Below, one piece after another: positions 37,970 to 47,414 of a stretch of DNA of 64,000 nucleotides. A program made the position numbers and the translations under genes. Source of the stretch: Gammaproteobacteria bacterium (lineage in GTDB: Bacteria; Pseudomonadota; Gammaproteobacteria; Ga0077536); assembly GCA_024235015.1 (NCBI GenBank), contig JACKNG010000001.1, positions 450,905-514,904 on the forward strand. Direction: 5' to 3'. A model generated the notes under the pieces. That model had not been told where the DNA came from and made no database searches. It worked only from the letters and a program-made list of their open reading frames with translations. Each line of letters opens with the position of its first letter. Position 1 is the first letter of the stretch.

Positions 37970-38839
37970 ATGAGCTGGATGACCATCGGCGATGTCGGCA
38001 TCGCGCGCGTGCTCGAATCGAACGGACCGTTCATGAGCATCTACGATTTCTTTCCCGACGCCACCGCGGAAGCGCTGGCGCCGCACCGCCACTGGCTGGA
38101 CGGCAGCGCGCTGGATCCCGCCAACGACATGATGCTGATGCCGATCCAGAGCTACGTCGTGCGCACACCGCGCTCGACGGTGCTGATCGACAGCTGCGTG
38201 GGCAACCACAAGTCGGTCGGCTGGTTCCCGGCCTGGGACAAGATGGATGGCCACACCTGGCAGGCCAACCTCGCCGCGCTCGACCTGCGCCCGGAAGACA
38301 TCGACGTCGTGCTGTGCACCCACCTGCACGTCGATCACAGTGGTTGGAACACGCGCCGCGTCGACGGCCGCTGGGTGCCCAACTTTCCCAATGCGCGCTA
38401 CGTCTTCTCGCGCCGCGAATGCGCCAACGCCGAGCGCATGTGGCAGAAGTACCAGGACCCCGTGTGGGTCGAGAACGTCGAGCCAGTGATCAGCGCCGGG
38501 CAGGCCGTGCTGGTCGACGACGACCACGAGATCGACGAGTACGTCCACCTCGAACCGACCCCCGGCCACACCCCGGGGCATTGCGCCGTACACGTCGCCC
38601 ATCGCGGGCAGGACGCGGTCGTCACCGGTGACCTCATCCACAGCCCGATCCAGTGCCACTATCCGCACTGGAACTTCAAGTTCGATTTCGACAAGGCACA
38701 GGCGGCGGCCACTCGCCAGGCCTTCCTGGAACGCTACACCGATTGCGCGACACGGGTGCTGACCGCCCACTTCCCGCTGCCCTCGACCGGCCACGTCCGC
38801 CGTGACGGCGCGGCCTTCCATTTCCATTACGACGCGTGA
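37970..38839 (+). CDS. Metallo-beta-lactamase-fold hydrolase (lactonase-like)
   Basis: THLHVDHSGWN, PNFPNARY, TPGHTPGH, GDLIH, AHFP. Confidence 0.9.
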   Translation: MSWMTIGDVGIARVLESNGPFMSIYDFFPDATAEALAPHRHWLDGSALDPANDMMLMPIQSYVVRTPRSTVLIDSCVGNHKSVGWFPAWDKMDGHTWQANLAALDLRPEDIDVVLCTHLHVDHSGWNTRRVDGRWVPNFPNARYVFSRRECANAERMWQKYQDPVWVENVEPVISAGQAVLVDDDHEIDEYVHLEPTPGHTPGHCAVHVAHRGQDAVVTGDLIHSPIQCHYPHWNFKFDFDKAQAAATRQAFLERYTDCATRVLTAHFPLPSTGHVRRDGAAFHFHYDA

Positions 38840-38872
38840 AGCCATGCCGGCCGCCGCGTCCCGGCGACCGGC

Positions 38873-39994
38873 TCAGGGATCGACCGGGTTGCCGTGTACG
38901 CGTTGCAGCCAGTCGACCAGCTCGGCCGCACCGAGGTGGGGCTGGAGGTCGAGCATGACCGCGGCCACGCCGCTGGCATGGGCCGCGGCGAAGGACGGTC
39001 CGGAGACGAAGTCGTAGCGCCCGTCGGGCACCGTCGTGAGCAGCTGCAGGCCGGGCACCGCGAGCCGCGCCCCGGCCACCGGGTTGGCCGGCGGATCGCT
39101 TTGCTCGACGGCGATGACCCCGGGGATCGAGGTCGGAAAGGCCTGGCCCGGTTCCTCGCCCACCGCGCCGATGACCACCGCGCCGAGCTCAATGGCGCGG
39201 CTGACCAGCCGTTCCAGCAGGGGATCCTCGGGCCCGGCCAGGCTGAGGTTGATGATGCGTGCGCGGACGTCGATGGCGTAGTCCAGCGCGCGCGCCAGGG
39301 TGTCGGTGCTGCATAGGCCGATCGCGTAGTGCGGCTCCCAGCAGGCGCGCAGGGCGAACAGCTCGGCGTCGGCCGCGAGACCGTGAATGCCGATGCCGTT
39401 CCCGGGGCGTGCCACGATCAGCCCGGCCACCGCGGTACCGTGGAACTCGGCCGGGATGGTGGCCGGGTCGCCGCCGGCGAAGTTGATGGCCTCGGTGATC
39501 TGGCCGGCCAGGTCCGGATGGGCCATGTCGATGCCGGTGTCGATCACCGCCACCCGTACCCCGCGCCCGCTGGCGTGGCGAACCAGGGTCTCGACCGCAC
39601 GCCGCTCGGTACGCATCTGCAGGTCGTAATAGGGGTCCTTGACCGGCATGCGCGGCACCCGGCCGGCCACGCGGTGGTGGCGCATGACCTGGGCGGCCTC
39701 GACCCGCGGATCGACCGCCAGGGCTGCGGCCATCGCCTGTGGATCGGCACCCGGCGCCACGGCGAACTCGACCACGTCGAGTTCGAGCGCCGCCAGGGCG
39801 TGGCGGTCGAGCATGCGCAGGTCGTGATCGCGCGCCAGCGCCGCGACCAGCGCCGGCGTCGCCTGCGCCACGGTGACGAGTAGCGCGGCATCGCGCGCGG
39901 CAGGCGCGGCGGCGGCCGGCCGACCCAGGAATCCGAGCAGTGCCGCCAGCAGCCACGGCAGCGCGACCGCGGCGACGCCGCGGCGCTGCTTCAC
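38873..39994 (-). CDS. S8 family serine peptidase (subtilase), secreted
   Basis: Signal peptide, prodomain, VAVIDTG (Asp), FHGTAVAG (His), INLSL, SGPSFAAAH (Ser). GTG start overlaps the upstream TGA. Confidence 0.9.
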   Translation of the reverse strand: MKQRRGVAAVALPWLLAALLGFLGRPAAAAPAARDAALLVTVAQATPALVAALARDHDLRMLDRHALAALELDVVEFAVAPGADPQAMAAALAVDPRVEAAQVMRHHRVAGRVPRMPVKDPYYDLQMRTERRAVETLVRHASGRGVRVAVIDTGIDMAHPDLAGQITEAINFAGGDPATIPAEFHGTAVAGLIVARPGNGIGIHGLAADAELFALRACWEPHYAIGLCSTDTLARALDYAIDVRARIINLSLAGPEDPLLERLVSRAIELGAVVIGAVGEEPGQAFPTSIPGVIAVEQSDPPANPVAGARLAVPGLQLLTTVPDGRYDFVSGPSFAAAHASGVAAVMLDLQPHLGAAELVDWLQRVHGNPVDP

Positions 39995-40677
39995 CGGCGC
40001 CGGTCCGGACGCGCTCCGATCACGCTCACCGGTTCGACGAACAGGGTGTGCGCGTCGGCGCGCAGCGCCGCGACCACCTCGTCGAGGCGGCCGGGACCCA
40101 GCGGCACGCGCACCGTCATGACGCCGATGGCCGACGGTCCGTCGACCAGTTCGGCGCCGTGCCGCGCGAGCCAGGCCGCCCGCGTCGCGCCGTCGACCTC
40201 GTCGCGCAACACCACGCGCAGCTCGGGATAGCCGATCTGGCCGGCCGGCTGGGTGGAACGCCCGAGGGTCTTGAACGGCTGGTCGAACGGCGCCATGCCG
40301 CGTTGCCCGCTCAGCACGATGGCGCCGGCGACGACGGCCGTGCCGATCAGCAGGGCCGCCCCGGCGACGAGGGGCACCGGTTCGCACACCGTGCGCAAGG
40401 CCGCCCACAGGCGCGCAACCCCGCGGCGGCGCGGTTGCAGGCGCGCTGACAGCTTGGCGTAGGCCAGGCCGCAGGCATAGTCACCCGCCGGCTGCGCCAG
40501 CGCGCGGGCCAGCACGTCGAGGCGGCGCAGCTCGCGGGTGCACACCAGGCAGGCGCTGACATGGGCGCGAACGCATTCGCGCTCGGCCTCGTCGAGGCTG
40601 CCGTTGGCGTACCACGGCAACACCGCCCAGGCGGCCTCGTGGTCGTAACCGGCCTGCCGCCGTTCAGGAGCGTGCAT
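39991..40677 (-). CDS. Zinc-finger (zf-HC2) anti-sigma factor with TM helix and periplasmic domain
   Basis: LPWYANGSL..AHVSACLVC (HxxxCxxC), TM segment PLVAGAALLIGTAVVAGAIVL. Confidence 0.88.
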   Translation of the reverse strand: MHAPERRQAGYDHEAAWAVLPWYANGSLDEAERECVRAHVSACLVCTRELRRLDVLARALAQPAGDYACGLAYAKLSARLQPRRRGVARLWAALRTVCEPVPLVAGAALLIGTAVVAGAIVLSGQRGMAPFDQPFKTLGRSTQPAGQIGYPELRVVLRDEVDGATRAAWLARHGAELVDGPSAIGVMTVRVPLGPGRLDEVVAALRADAHTLFVEPVSVIGARPDRRR

Positions 40678-41287
40678 GACGTTTCTCCTCGTCGAGCGCC
40701 TTGTCCAGTACCGGGCGCAAGCGCTCCCGGGCGTAGAACATGCGCGTCTTCACCGTGTTGACCGGACAGTCGACGATCTCGGCGATCTCGCCGTAGCTGT
40801 AGCCGTAGAAGAACGACAGCTGCACGATCGAGCGCTGGGCGAGCGGCAGGCGGGCGACGGCCACACGCAGGCGCTCGAGCAACGCGGCATCGCTGACCTG
40901 GTCGGCCGGGTCGCGGGGATCGGCGGCCTCGACCTCGACCTGCAACTCGCGCGCGGCCCGGCGTTTGCTCGCCTTCAGGCGCTTGAGCGCCTTCTTGTAG
41001 GCGATGCCGAAGATCCAGGTCGACACCTTGGACCGCCCGGCGAATTCGTCGGCCTTGCGCCAGACCACGAGCATGGTGTCGTTGATGGTCTCCTCGGCGT
41101 CGCTGGGCGAACCGAGGATGCGCAGGACGAAATCGAACAGGCGCGGGTAGAACTCGCGGTAGAGCCGCTCGAATGCCGCCGGTTCGCGCTGCAGGCGGCG
41201 CAGCGCGGCGAGGTCGCGGGCATCGTCGGCGCCGCGATCGATTGCCTCGCCTGCCGTCACCCCGGTCTGCGGTGTGCTGTCGTCCAT
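40664..41287 (-). CDS. ECF RNA polymerase sigma-70 factor
   Basis: FERLYREFYPRL, DAEETINDT, SKVSTWIFGIA, SYGEIAEIVDCPVNTVKTRMFYAR. Confidence 0.93.
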   Translation of the reverse strand: MDDSTPQTGVTAGEAIDRGADDARDLAALRRLQREPAAFERLYREFYPRLFDFVLRILGSPSDAEETINDTMLVVWRKADEFAGRSKVSTWIFGIAYKKALKRLKASKRRAARELQVEVEAADPRDPADQVSDAALLERLRVAVARLPLAQRSIVQLSFFYGYSYGEIAEIVDCPVNTVKTRMFYARERLRPVLDKALDEEKRHARS

Positions 41288-41375
41288 CGTCTCCCCTGCC
41301 GGCCGTCGCCTGTCGGTCAGGCTTAGTCCCCGCCGACCCCGTGCCGGTTCAGATAGCGCACCGTCACCGCGCGCA

Positions 41376-44189
41376 TCAGCGCAGGCGCCCGGGCTGGTTG
41401 GCGAGGAAGGCCTTGGTCATGTCGACGTAGTAGCCCACCAGGCGCTGGAGATCGGTCGGCGGACCGAGCCCGTTGCGGTTCAGGGTCCATGCGGTCGGCG
41501 AGGCCAGCGCCTGCGACAGGCTGGCACGCAGCAGGTCGCCGTCGTAGACGTTGACCGAACCGGCCCAGGAATACTGGCCGGTGGCGGTGTTCTCGTTGAC
41601 GGTGAGCCGGTAGACGACGAGGCGCAGGTTGTTCCACGTCCAGCCGGCGTCGTGCACCTGGTCACGCTTGACGATGGTGTAACCGGCAGCCTCGAACAGC
41701 GGCGCGACGGCGGCGTAGACGTCGTCGATGGTGAGGTCGTGGACCTTGAACTTGGGATCGAAGCCCCAGTAGTCGAGGACCACGCGCGGCACCGCGTTCT
41801 CCGCCGCCTCTCTCGCGCGCTGCTCGGCCGCCGCCGCCAGGCGCTCTTCCTCCGCCTTGCGCCGGGCCTGTTCCAGCAGCCGCGTGGCCTCGGCCTCCTG
41901 CGCGGCGCGGCGGCGCTGCTCTTCCGCCTGGCGCGCCTGCTCGGCCTGTGCGCGCATGGCCGCCTGGCGCGCCTCGGCCTCGGCCGCCAGCCGCGCCGTC
42001 TCGGCCTCGCGCCGACGCGTCTCGGTCGCGCTGATGTCGGCAGCCAGCAGCCGCGCCGGTTCCGACTGCGGCAACACGCTCAGCGCCCGGCTGGCGAACT
42101 GGCGCGCCTCGTCGAACTCGTCGCGGCCGAGGGCCTGGCGCGCCATGTCGAGATAGCGGTCGTGGATGCGGCGCATACCGTCACGCGCAGCCACGTTGCC
42201 CGGGTCGAGCCGGCTCACTTCCTGCAGGCGCTCGACCGCGTTGTTGCCGGCCGGCGACGTGAGGCGGTTGGCGGCGATGTCGGCGTCGGCCTGCTCGAGC
42301 AGGGTCGCGATGCTGGCATTGCGCTCGGTTTCGCTGCGCTCCTCGCGCAGGGCGTCGCCGAGCGCGACCACCGCCTTGGCGCCGGCGTCGATGAGGCTGG
42401 CATGGCCATGCCACTCGGCTGCCTCGGCGCGCTCGCCCGCGGCCAGCGCCGCCTGGCCCCGCTCGGCCATGGCGACGGCCAGCGCGGCCAGGCCGGCGGC
42501 GGCGGCGGCATTGTCCGGTTCCAGGATCTGCACCGCACGGTAGCGCGCCAGTGCGTTGTCGGTGCCGGCCCCGACCAGGCGCCCGGCGGCGACGTCGGCG
42601 GCGGCGGCATCGAGGTAGGCCTGGATGCGTTCGGCCTGGCGCGCGCGCTCGGCCTGGCGCGCCGTCGCCGCCGCCACCCGCTCGCGCAGCGCGACCAGGT
42701 CGACGGCATCCTTGGGGATCTGCCCGAGCAGGGCCGAGAGCGCGGCGAAACGCGCGTCGTCGCCGGCTGCGATGGCCTCGTCGAGCGCACTGCCGAGGCG
42801 TTCGCCGACGATACGCAGGCCGTGTGCGGCGTCCTCGTCGCCGGGGCTGTCGGCCCAGGCGCGGGCGTAGAAGGCCAGCGCGCTGCGCCCCTCGGGTTCG
42901 AAGACCTGGCCGACCGAGAGGGCACGGTCGCCCTGCGCGACCAGGCGCTCGGCACGCCCGAACTGCAACAGGTGGGTCGGCAGCAGGCCGGCATACCAGG
43001 CATAACCCCCGCCCCCCGCCACGAGCCCGAGCAGCAGCGCCAGTACCCACGGCCAGCGTCGCCGCGGCGCCGCGTCGGCTGGCGTCGCCGAACGCGGCGC
43101 GCTGCGTGACTCGGACACCCCGCCGCGACGCGAGCGCGTACCGCTCGCCGGTGCCGACGGGCGGCGGATGTCGGGATTGAGTACCGCGCCGTCCGCGATC
43201 ACCTGGGTGGGGTCGACCAGGCCGCTGTAGCGGGTCGCGCCGTCGTCGGCATACACGGTGACGAGCGCGCTTTCGGTCGGCTCGGTCGTGGGACTGGCGA
43301 AGTGGAAGGATTCGCGCCACTCCGCCACGCTCTGCGGGCGCTTCTTCTCGTTGAATTCCAGCGCGTGATCGACGGCGACGAGGAAATCGCGCGAATACTT
43401 GCCGGCACCCAGTTCGGAGGCGGAGATGAACACGTCGCGCTCGGCCTTGAGGATGGCCTCGCTGCGATCGATGGCGGCCATCGGCTGCAGACCGCTGATG
43501 CAGCGGTAGAGCGTGGCGCCGAGCCCGTAGATGTCGGTCCACGGCCCCTGGCGATCGCTCTTCGAGTAGTACTGCTCGAACGGCGCATAGCCCGGCGAGA
43601 CCACGCTGGTCAGGGTGCGTGTCTCTTCGCCCAGCGCCTGGCGCGCCGAGCCGAAGTCGAGCAGCACCGGTTGCCCGCTGTGGTTGATGTAGATGTTGGC
43701 CGGCTTGATGTCGCGATGGATGAAGCCCTGGGCGTGCATCGCCTCGAGCCCGTCGAGCAGGGGCAGGACCAGGGCCACCAGTTCCTGCTGCGGCAGGGTG
43801 CCGCGGCGGTCCAGCACCCCCTGCAGGCTGAGACCGTCCTGGTATTCCATCACCATGTAGGCGGTGTTGTTGGCTTCGAACACCGACATCACCCGCACGA
43901 TGGCCGGATGCTTGAAGCGCGCCAGGGTGCGCGCCTCGGTCAGGAAGCGCTCCAGCCCCCAGCGGTAGCGCTTGTCGTGGGCGCGCGAAGCCGGGTAGAC
44001 GGAGTGGTCGCCGTCGCGCACGGCGAGCTCCATCGGCAGGTATTCCTTGATCGCGACCGGCTGGTCGAGGTTGGTGTCGAAGGCCAGGTAGGTGATGCCG
44101 AAGCCACCCTGGCCGAGCACCTTGTCGATGCGGTACCAGTGCAGGACGTGCCCCGGCTTGAGCGCATTACGCAGCTTGTCCTCGCTCAC
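41376..44189 (-). CDS. Hanks-type Ser/Thr protein kinase with TM helix and periplasmic TPR-like repeats
   Basis: LGQGGFGITY, VAIKEY, HRDIKPANI, LDFG, PGYAPFE, DIYGLG; TM WPWVLALLLGLVAG; three NA..Y..V...P.N..A..GL-type repeats. Confidence 0.92.
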   Translation of the reverse strand: MSEDKLRNALKPGHVLHWYRIDKVLGQGGFGITYLAFDTNLDQPVAIKEYLPMELAVRDGDHSVYPASRAHDKRYRWGLERFLTEARTLARFKHPAIVRVMSVFEANNTAYMVMEYQDGLSLQGVLDRRGTLPQQELVALVLPLLDGLEAMHAQGFIHRDIKPANIYINHSGQPVLLDFGSARQALGEETRTLTSVVSPGYAPFEQYYSKSDRQGPWTDIYGLGATLYRCISGLQPMAAIDRSEAILKAERDVFISASELGAGKYSRDFLVAVDHALEFNEKKRPQSVAEWRESFHFASPTTEPTESALVTVYADDGATRYSGLVDPTQVIADGAVLNPDIRRPSAPASGTRSRRGGVSESRSAPRSATPADAAPRRRWPWVLALLLGLVAGGGGYAWYAGLLPTHLLQFGRAERLVAQGDRALSVGQVFEPEGRSALAFYARAWADSPGDEDAAHGLRIVGERLGSALDEAIAAGDDARFAALSALLGQIPKDAVDLVALRERVAAATARQAERARQAERIQAYLDAAAADVAAGRLVGAGTDNALARYRAVQILEPDNAAAAAGLAALAVAMAERGQAALAAGERAEAAEWHGHASLIDAGAKAVVALGDALREERSETERNASIATLLEQADADIAANRLTSPAGNNAVERLQEVSRLDPGNVAARDGMRRIHDRYLDMARQALGRDEFDEARQFASRALSVLPQSEPARLLAADISATETRRREAETARLAAEAEARQAAMRAQAEQARQAEEQRRRAAQEAEATRLLEQARRKAEEERLAAAAEQRAREAAENAVPRVVLDYWGFDPKFKVHDLTIDDVYAAVAPLFEAAGYTIVKRDQVHDAGWTWNNLRLVVYRLTVNENTATGQYSWAGSVNVYDGDLLRASLSQALASPTAWTLNRNGLGPPTDLQRLVGYYVDMTKAFLANQPGRLR

Positions 44190-44226
44190 GCAGCCTCCAG
44201 CGCCCGTCCCGGTCGTCGTCCCGGCA

Positions 44227-44619
44227 TCAGTCCTGCGTCTCGTAGCGCGGCTGCTTGGCCTTCACGTAGGTCTGCTTGAGCCGGATCAGCGGCCCGTCGA
44301 AGTGCAGCAGGTCGAGGCCGCGCAGGACGGTGGTGACACCGTCCTTGGTGGTGCGCAGATCCCAGCTGCTCATGACCTTGCCGCTCTCGGCGTCGACGAA
44401 GGTGTCGTCCTCGACGAACTCCATCGTGCCGAAGCGGCCTTCGAACTGCGGCTCGAACGCGGCGCGCACGGCCGCCTTGCCCTCGTTGGGCCGGCCGTTG
44501 AGCTCGTCGTACACGGCATCCTCGCTGAAGAAGGCCATGACGGCATCGAGATCGTTGCGGTTGAACGCGTCGAGAAATTCGCGCGTGCGTGCGTAGAGTT
44601 CCTGGCGGCGATCGGCCAT
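44227..44619 (-). CDS. SnoaL-like/NTF2-family protein
   Basis: FLDAFNRNDLDAVMAFFSEDAVY, RGLDLLHF. Confidence 0.85.
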   Translation of the reverse strand: MADRRQELYARTREFLDAFNRNDLDAVMAFFSEDAVYDELNGRPNEGKAAVRAAFEPQFEGRFGTMEFVEDDTFVDAESGKVMSSWDLRTTKDGVTTVLRGLDLLHFDGPLIRLKQTYVKAKQPRYETQD

Positions 44620-44744
44620 GGCGGCTGCCCTCCCCTGCGGTGGACGCGGACGTGGGGCCGGATTCTAGCAGGCTCCCCCCGCCGCCGAGCCCCCCGGGGC
44701 GCCGCCGGGAGGGGTAATCGTTCACGCCGCGGTCGCGGCCGCGT

Positions 44745-45665
44745 TCAGCCGGCCAGGCCGCGGAAACGCAGGTAGTCGGCCGCGGTCTCCGCCGGGCGTT
44801 CGATCATGGGCACGTGACCCATGCGTGGCATCAGGATGCGTTCGGCCTTGGGCAGCAGGCCGGCGACGACGTCGAGACCCGACGGGTGCAACACGCGGTC
44901 GTCGTCGCCCCACGCGACCAGGGTCCGCGTGGCAAGGCCGTCGATACGCCCTTCCAGCGGCACCGGGTCACCGAAGATGTCGGCGAAGATCTTGTGATTG
45001 AAGGCCGCCTCGCGGCGTGCGCGCGCGAGGAGTGGCCGCTTGAACTGCGCCGGCAGGTAGGGCTGACGGGTGAAGCACAGCGCGGCGAGGCGCTCGAACT
45101 GCGCCATGGTGTCGGTCACCAGCGGGTTGTCGCCGCGCTCGATGAGGGCCAGGGTCTCGCTGGTCTCGGCGCCCATGGCGCCGGCCGGGGCGAGCAGCCA
45201 CAGGCTCGCCACGCGCTCCGGATGGCGGGCGGCGAACATCGCCGCGAGGTAACCGCCCATCGAGTTGCCGCCGAGATGAAAGCGGTCGAGGCCGAGGGCA
45301 TCGGCGAAGGCGGCGATACGTTCGAGCTGGGCATCGAGCCCGTAACTCGCCTCCGGGCGCCGCGTGCTGTCGCCGAAACCCGGCAGGTCGGGGGCATAGA
45401 CGTGGCAGTGGCGGGTGAGATGCGGTGCGATCGGCACCCAGTTGTCCTTGTTGGCGCCGAAGCCGTGCAACAGCAGCAGTGGCTCGCCGCGGCCCCCCTC
45501 CAGGTAGGGCACGCGGTGACCGTCGACGCTGACCGCGTCGACGCGCAGGCGCCCGGCGCGCCGCGCCAGGGCCAGCGCGCCGGCCAGCACCACGCCGGGC
45601 ACGAGGTAGTAGAGCGCGACGGCCGCAAGGACCAGCGCGAGCAGGACGTAGAGGATGACGTTCAT
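44745..45665 (-). CDS. Alpha/beta hydrolase (lipase/esterase) with N-terminal membrane anchor
   Basis: LLLHGF, PDLPGFGDS, GNSMGG, GHVPM. Start overlaps the upstream stop. Confidence 0.9.
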   Translation of the reverse strand: MNVILYVLLALVLAAVALYYLVPGVVLAGALALARRAGRLRVDAVSVDGHRVPYLEGGRGEPLLLLHGFGANKDNWVPIAPHLTRHCHVYAPDLPGFGDSTRRPEASYGLDAQLERIAAFADALGLDRFHLGGNSMGGYLAAMFAARHPERVASLWLLAPAGAMGAETSETLALIERGDNPLVTDTMAQFERLAALCFTRQPYLPAQFKRPLLARARREAAFNHKIFADIFGDPVPLEGRIDGLATRTLVAWGDDDRVLHPSGLDVVAGLLPKAERILMPRMGHVPMIERPAETAADYLRFRGLAG

Positions 45666-47389
45666 GCGCCGTCGACGACCGGCAGGATCAACCGCGAGGC
45701 GCGGCCGGCCTCGCGGAACACCCGCTGCAGGGCCGGTTCGAAGCGCGTCGCGGTATGGGCCAGCTCGCCGGTGTTGGGATTGCGGTCGTAGCGCGGGAAA
45801 TCGCTGGACGTCACCAGCACCGCCAGCCGGTGACCGGCGCGGAACACCGCCGCCGTCGCCCACAGGTCGAGGGTGTAGGTGGTCACCGCGCCCGGTTCCA
45901 ACAGGCACCGTTGGCGCCCGTCGCGCAGGCTCGCGCGCACCACGCCGTCGCACAGGTTGACGATGCGACCGTCGGGATGGACGTCGCACAGCTTGACCAT
46001 CCAGTCGGTGTCCGGCCCCGAGGTCGCAGCGACCAGCTCGAAGCTGACCGCCCCGGCGATCTCGAGATCGCGTGCGAGCGGCGCCGAGGTGTAGACCAGC
46101 ACGTCGCGCCGAGCGGCGACCTCGCGCTGGTCGACCGGGCCGGCCGGGTATTGCGGTGGCAGCAGGGTGTTGCCGCCGCGCGTCGGGCACGGCTCGGCCG
46201 GGTCGTAGACGTAGCTGTCGGCGCCCGCCCCCGTCGCCGGCGCCTGCGGCGCGAGGCAACCGCCCGCGTGCAGGTACCACGACGTCGGCCGGTTGGGCGG
46301 CGGCCAGTCACTCGCCTCGCGCCAGCGATTCGGGCCCTGCACGAAGTAGCGCACCGGCGCCTCGTCCTCGCAGCCGTTGGCGGCCTCGTTCAGCCAGCGA
46401 TCGAACCAGCGCAGCTGCAGCTTGGTCAGGTCTTCCTTGAGGTCGAGGAACAGGCCGTTGGCGCGGAAGCCGAAATCGACCTCGCCGACGACGTTGCCGA
46501 ACATGCCGTGCGACCACGGGCCGATGACCAGGCGGCTGTGGCGCCGCGCCTGCTCGCTGCCGGCGTTGGCGCGCATGCCGGCGAAATGCTCGAGGTCGCC
46601 CATCAGCAGCAGGTCGTGCCAGCCGGCGATACTGAGGCTGGGCACCGTGACCTCGGCGTGGCGATCGGAGAACAACACCGAGCCGGTCCAGTCGTCCGGT
46701 GCCGGGTGACGCAGGAATTCGTAGAAGAACGGCACGAAATCATCGGCCTCGGGGTGCGCCGGCGCGAAGCGCTCGAGCGGCAGGGCAGCGAGGATGTCGC
46801 CGAAGGCGTCGATGTCGTCGATGAGCTGGACCAGGGGCGGGCCGAAGCTGGCCGGCTCGGGCCGCGCCCGGATCAGCGCGGCAGGCCCGATCGCGCGCAG
46901 CGCCCACATCGCCAGCGTGCCGAGGTTGAGTGCGCCGCCGCGCCAGAAATGGTTGCGCCAGAAATCGTTGGGCGCCGTGGTCGGCGAGATCGCGCCGAGC
47001 GCGGGGTGCCGGGACAGCGCCGCCAGCCACGAGGTACCGCCCATGTAGGACAGCCCGTAGCAGCCGACGCGCCCGCTCGACCAGGCTTGCGCCGCGCACC
47101 AGGCGATGCTGTCGTGACCGTCGTCGCGCTCGTGCACGTAGGGAAAGAACACCCCGCCCTCCGAGGCCCAGCGCGACCGTACGTCCTGGATGACGACGGC
47201 GAAGCCGGCTGCCGCCGCGCGCACCGGGTCCAGGGTCATGGCCGTGATCGGCCACAGTTCCTTGTTGTAGGGCGTGCGCTGCAACAGCACCGGGTGGCGG
47301 CCGCCGTCGTTGGGACGGTAGACGTCGGCACGCAGGCGCACGCCGTCGCGCAGGGGAATGTCGACGTTCTTCTCGACGATGACGGTCAT
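45662..47389 (-). CDS. CocE/NonD family hydrolase
   Basis: RDGVRLRAD, RTPYNK, QDVRSRWASEG, GLSYMG, GWHD, IGPWSH, SSDFPRYDRNPNTG. Confidence 0.92.
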   Translation of the reverse strand: MTVIVEKNVDIPLRDGVRLRADVYRPNDGGRHPVLLQRTPYNKELWPITAMTLDPVRAAAAGFAVVIQDVRSRWASEGGVFFPYVHERDDGHDSIAWCAAQAWSSGRVGCYGLSYMGGTSWLAALSRHPALGAISPTTAPNDFWRNHFWRGGALNLGTLAMWALRAIGPAALIRARPEPASFGPPLVQLIDDIDAFGDILAALPLERFAPAHPEADDFVPFFYEFLRHPAPDDWTGSVLFSDRHAEVTVPSLSIAGWHDLLLMGDLEHFAGMRANAGSEQARRHSRLVIGPWSHGMFGNVVGEVDFGFRANGLFLDLKEDLTKLQLRWFDRWLNEAANGCEDEAPVRYFVQGPNRWREASDWPPPNRPTSWYLHAGGCLAPQAPATGAGADSYVYDPAEPCPTRGGNTLLPPQYPAGPVDQREVAARRDVLVYTSAPLARDLEIAGAVSFELVAATSGPDTDWMVKLCDVHPDGRIVNLCDGVVRASLRDGRQRCLLEPGAVTTYTLDLWATAAVFRAGHRLAVLVTSSDFPRYDRNPNTGELAHTATRFEPALQRVFREAGRASRLILPVVDGA

Positions 47390-47414
47390 GTGAGGTCCTG
47401 TGTCGGGGGGTGGA

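Noticed and set aside
35932-38839. Antibiotic-resistance metallo-beta-lactamases
   Set aside because: The HxHxDH motifs and surrounding sequence fit LACTB2-like and lactonase-like hydrolases, with no signal peptides or B1-B3 signatures.
40664-44189. Phosphorylation-activated ECF43-type sigma/kinase pair
   Set aside because: The sigma retains the acidic DAEE motif in region 2.2 and has a cognate zinc anti-sigma, unlike ECF43 where Ser/Thr replaces this motif.
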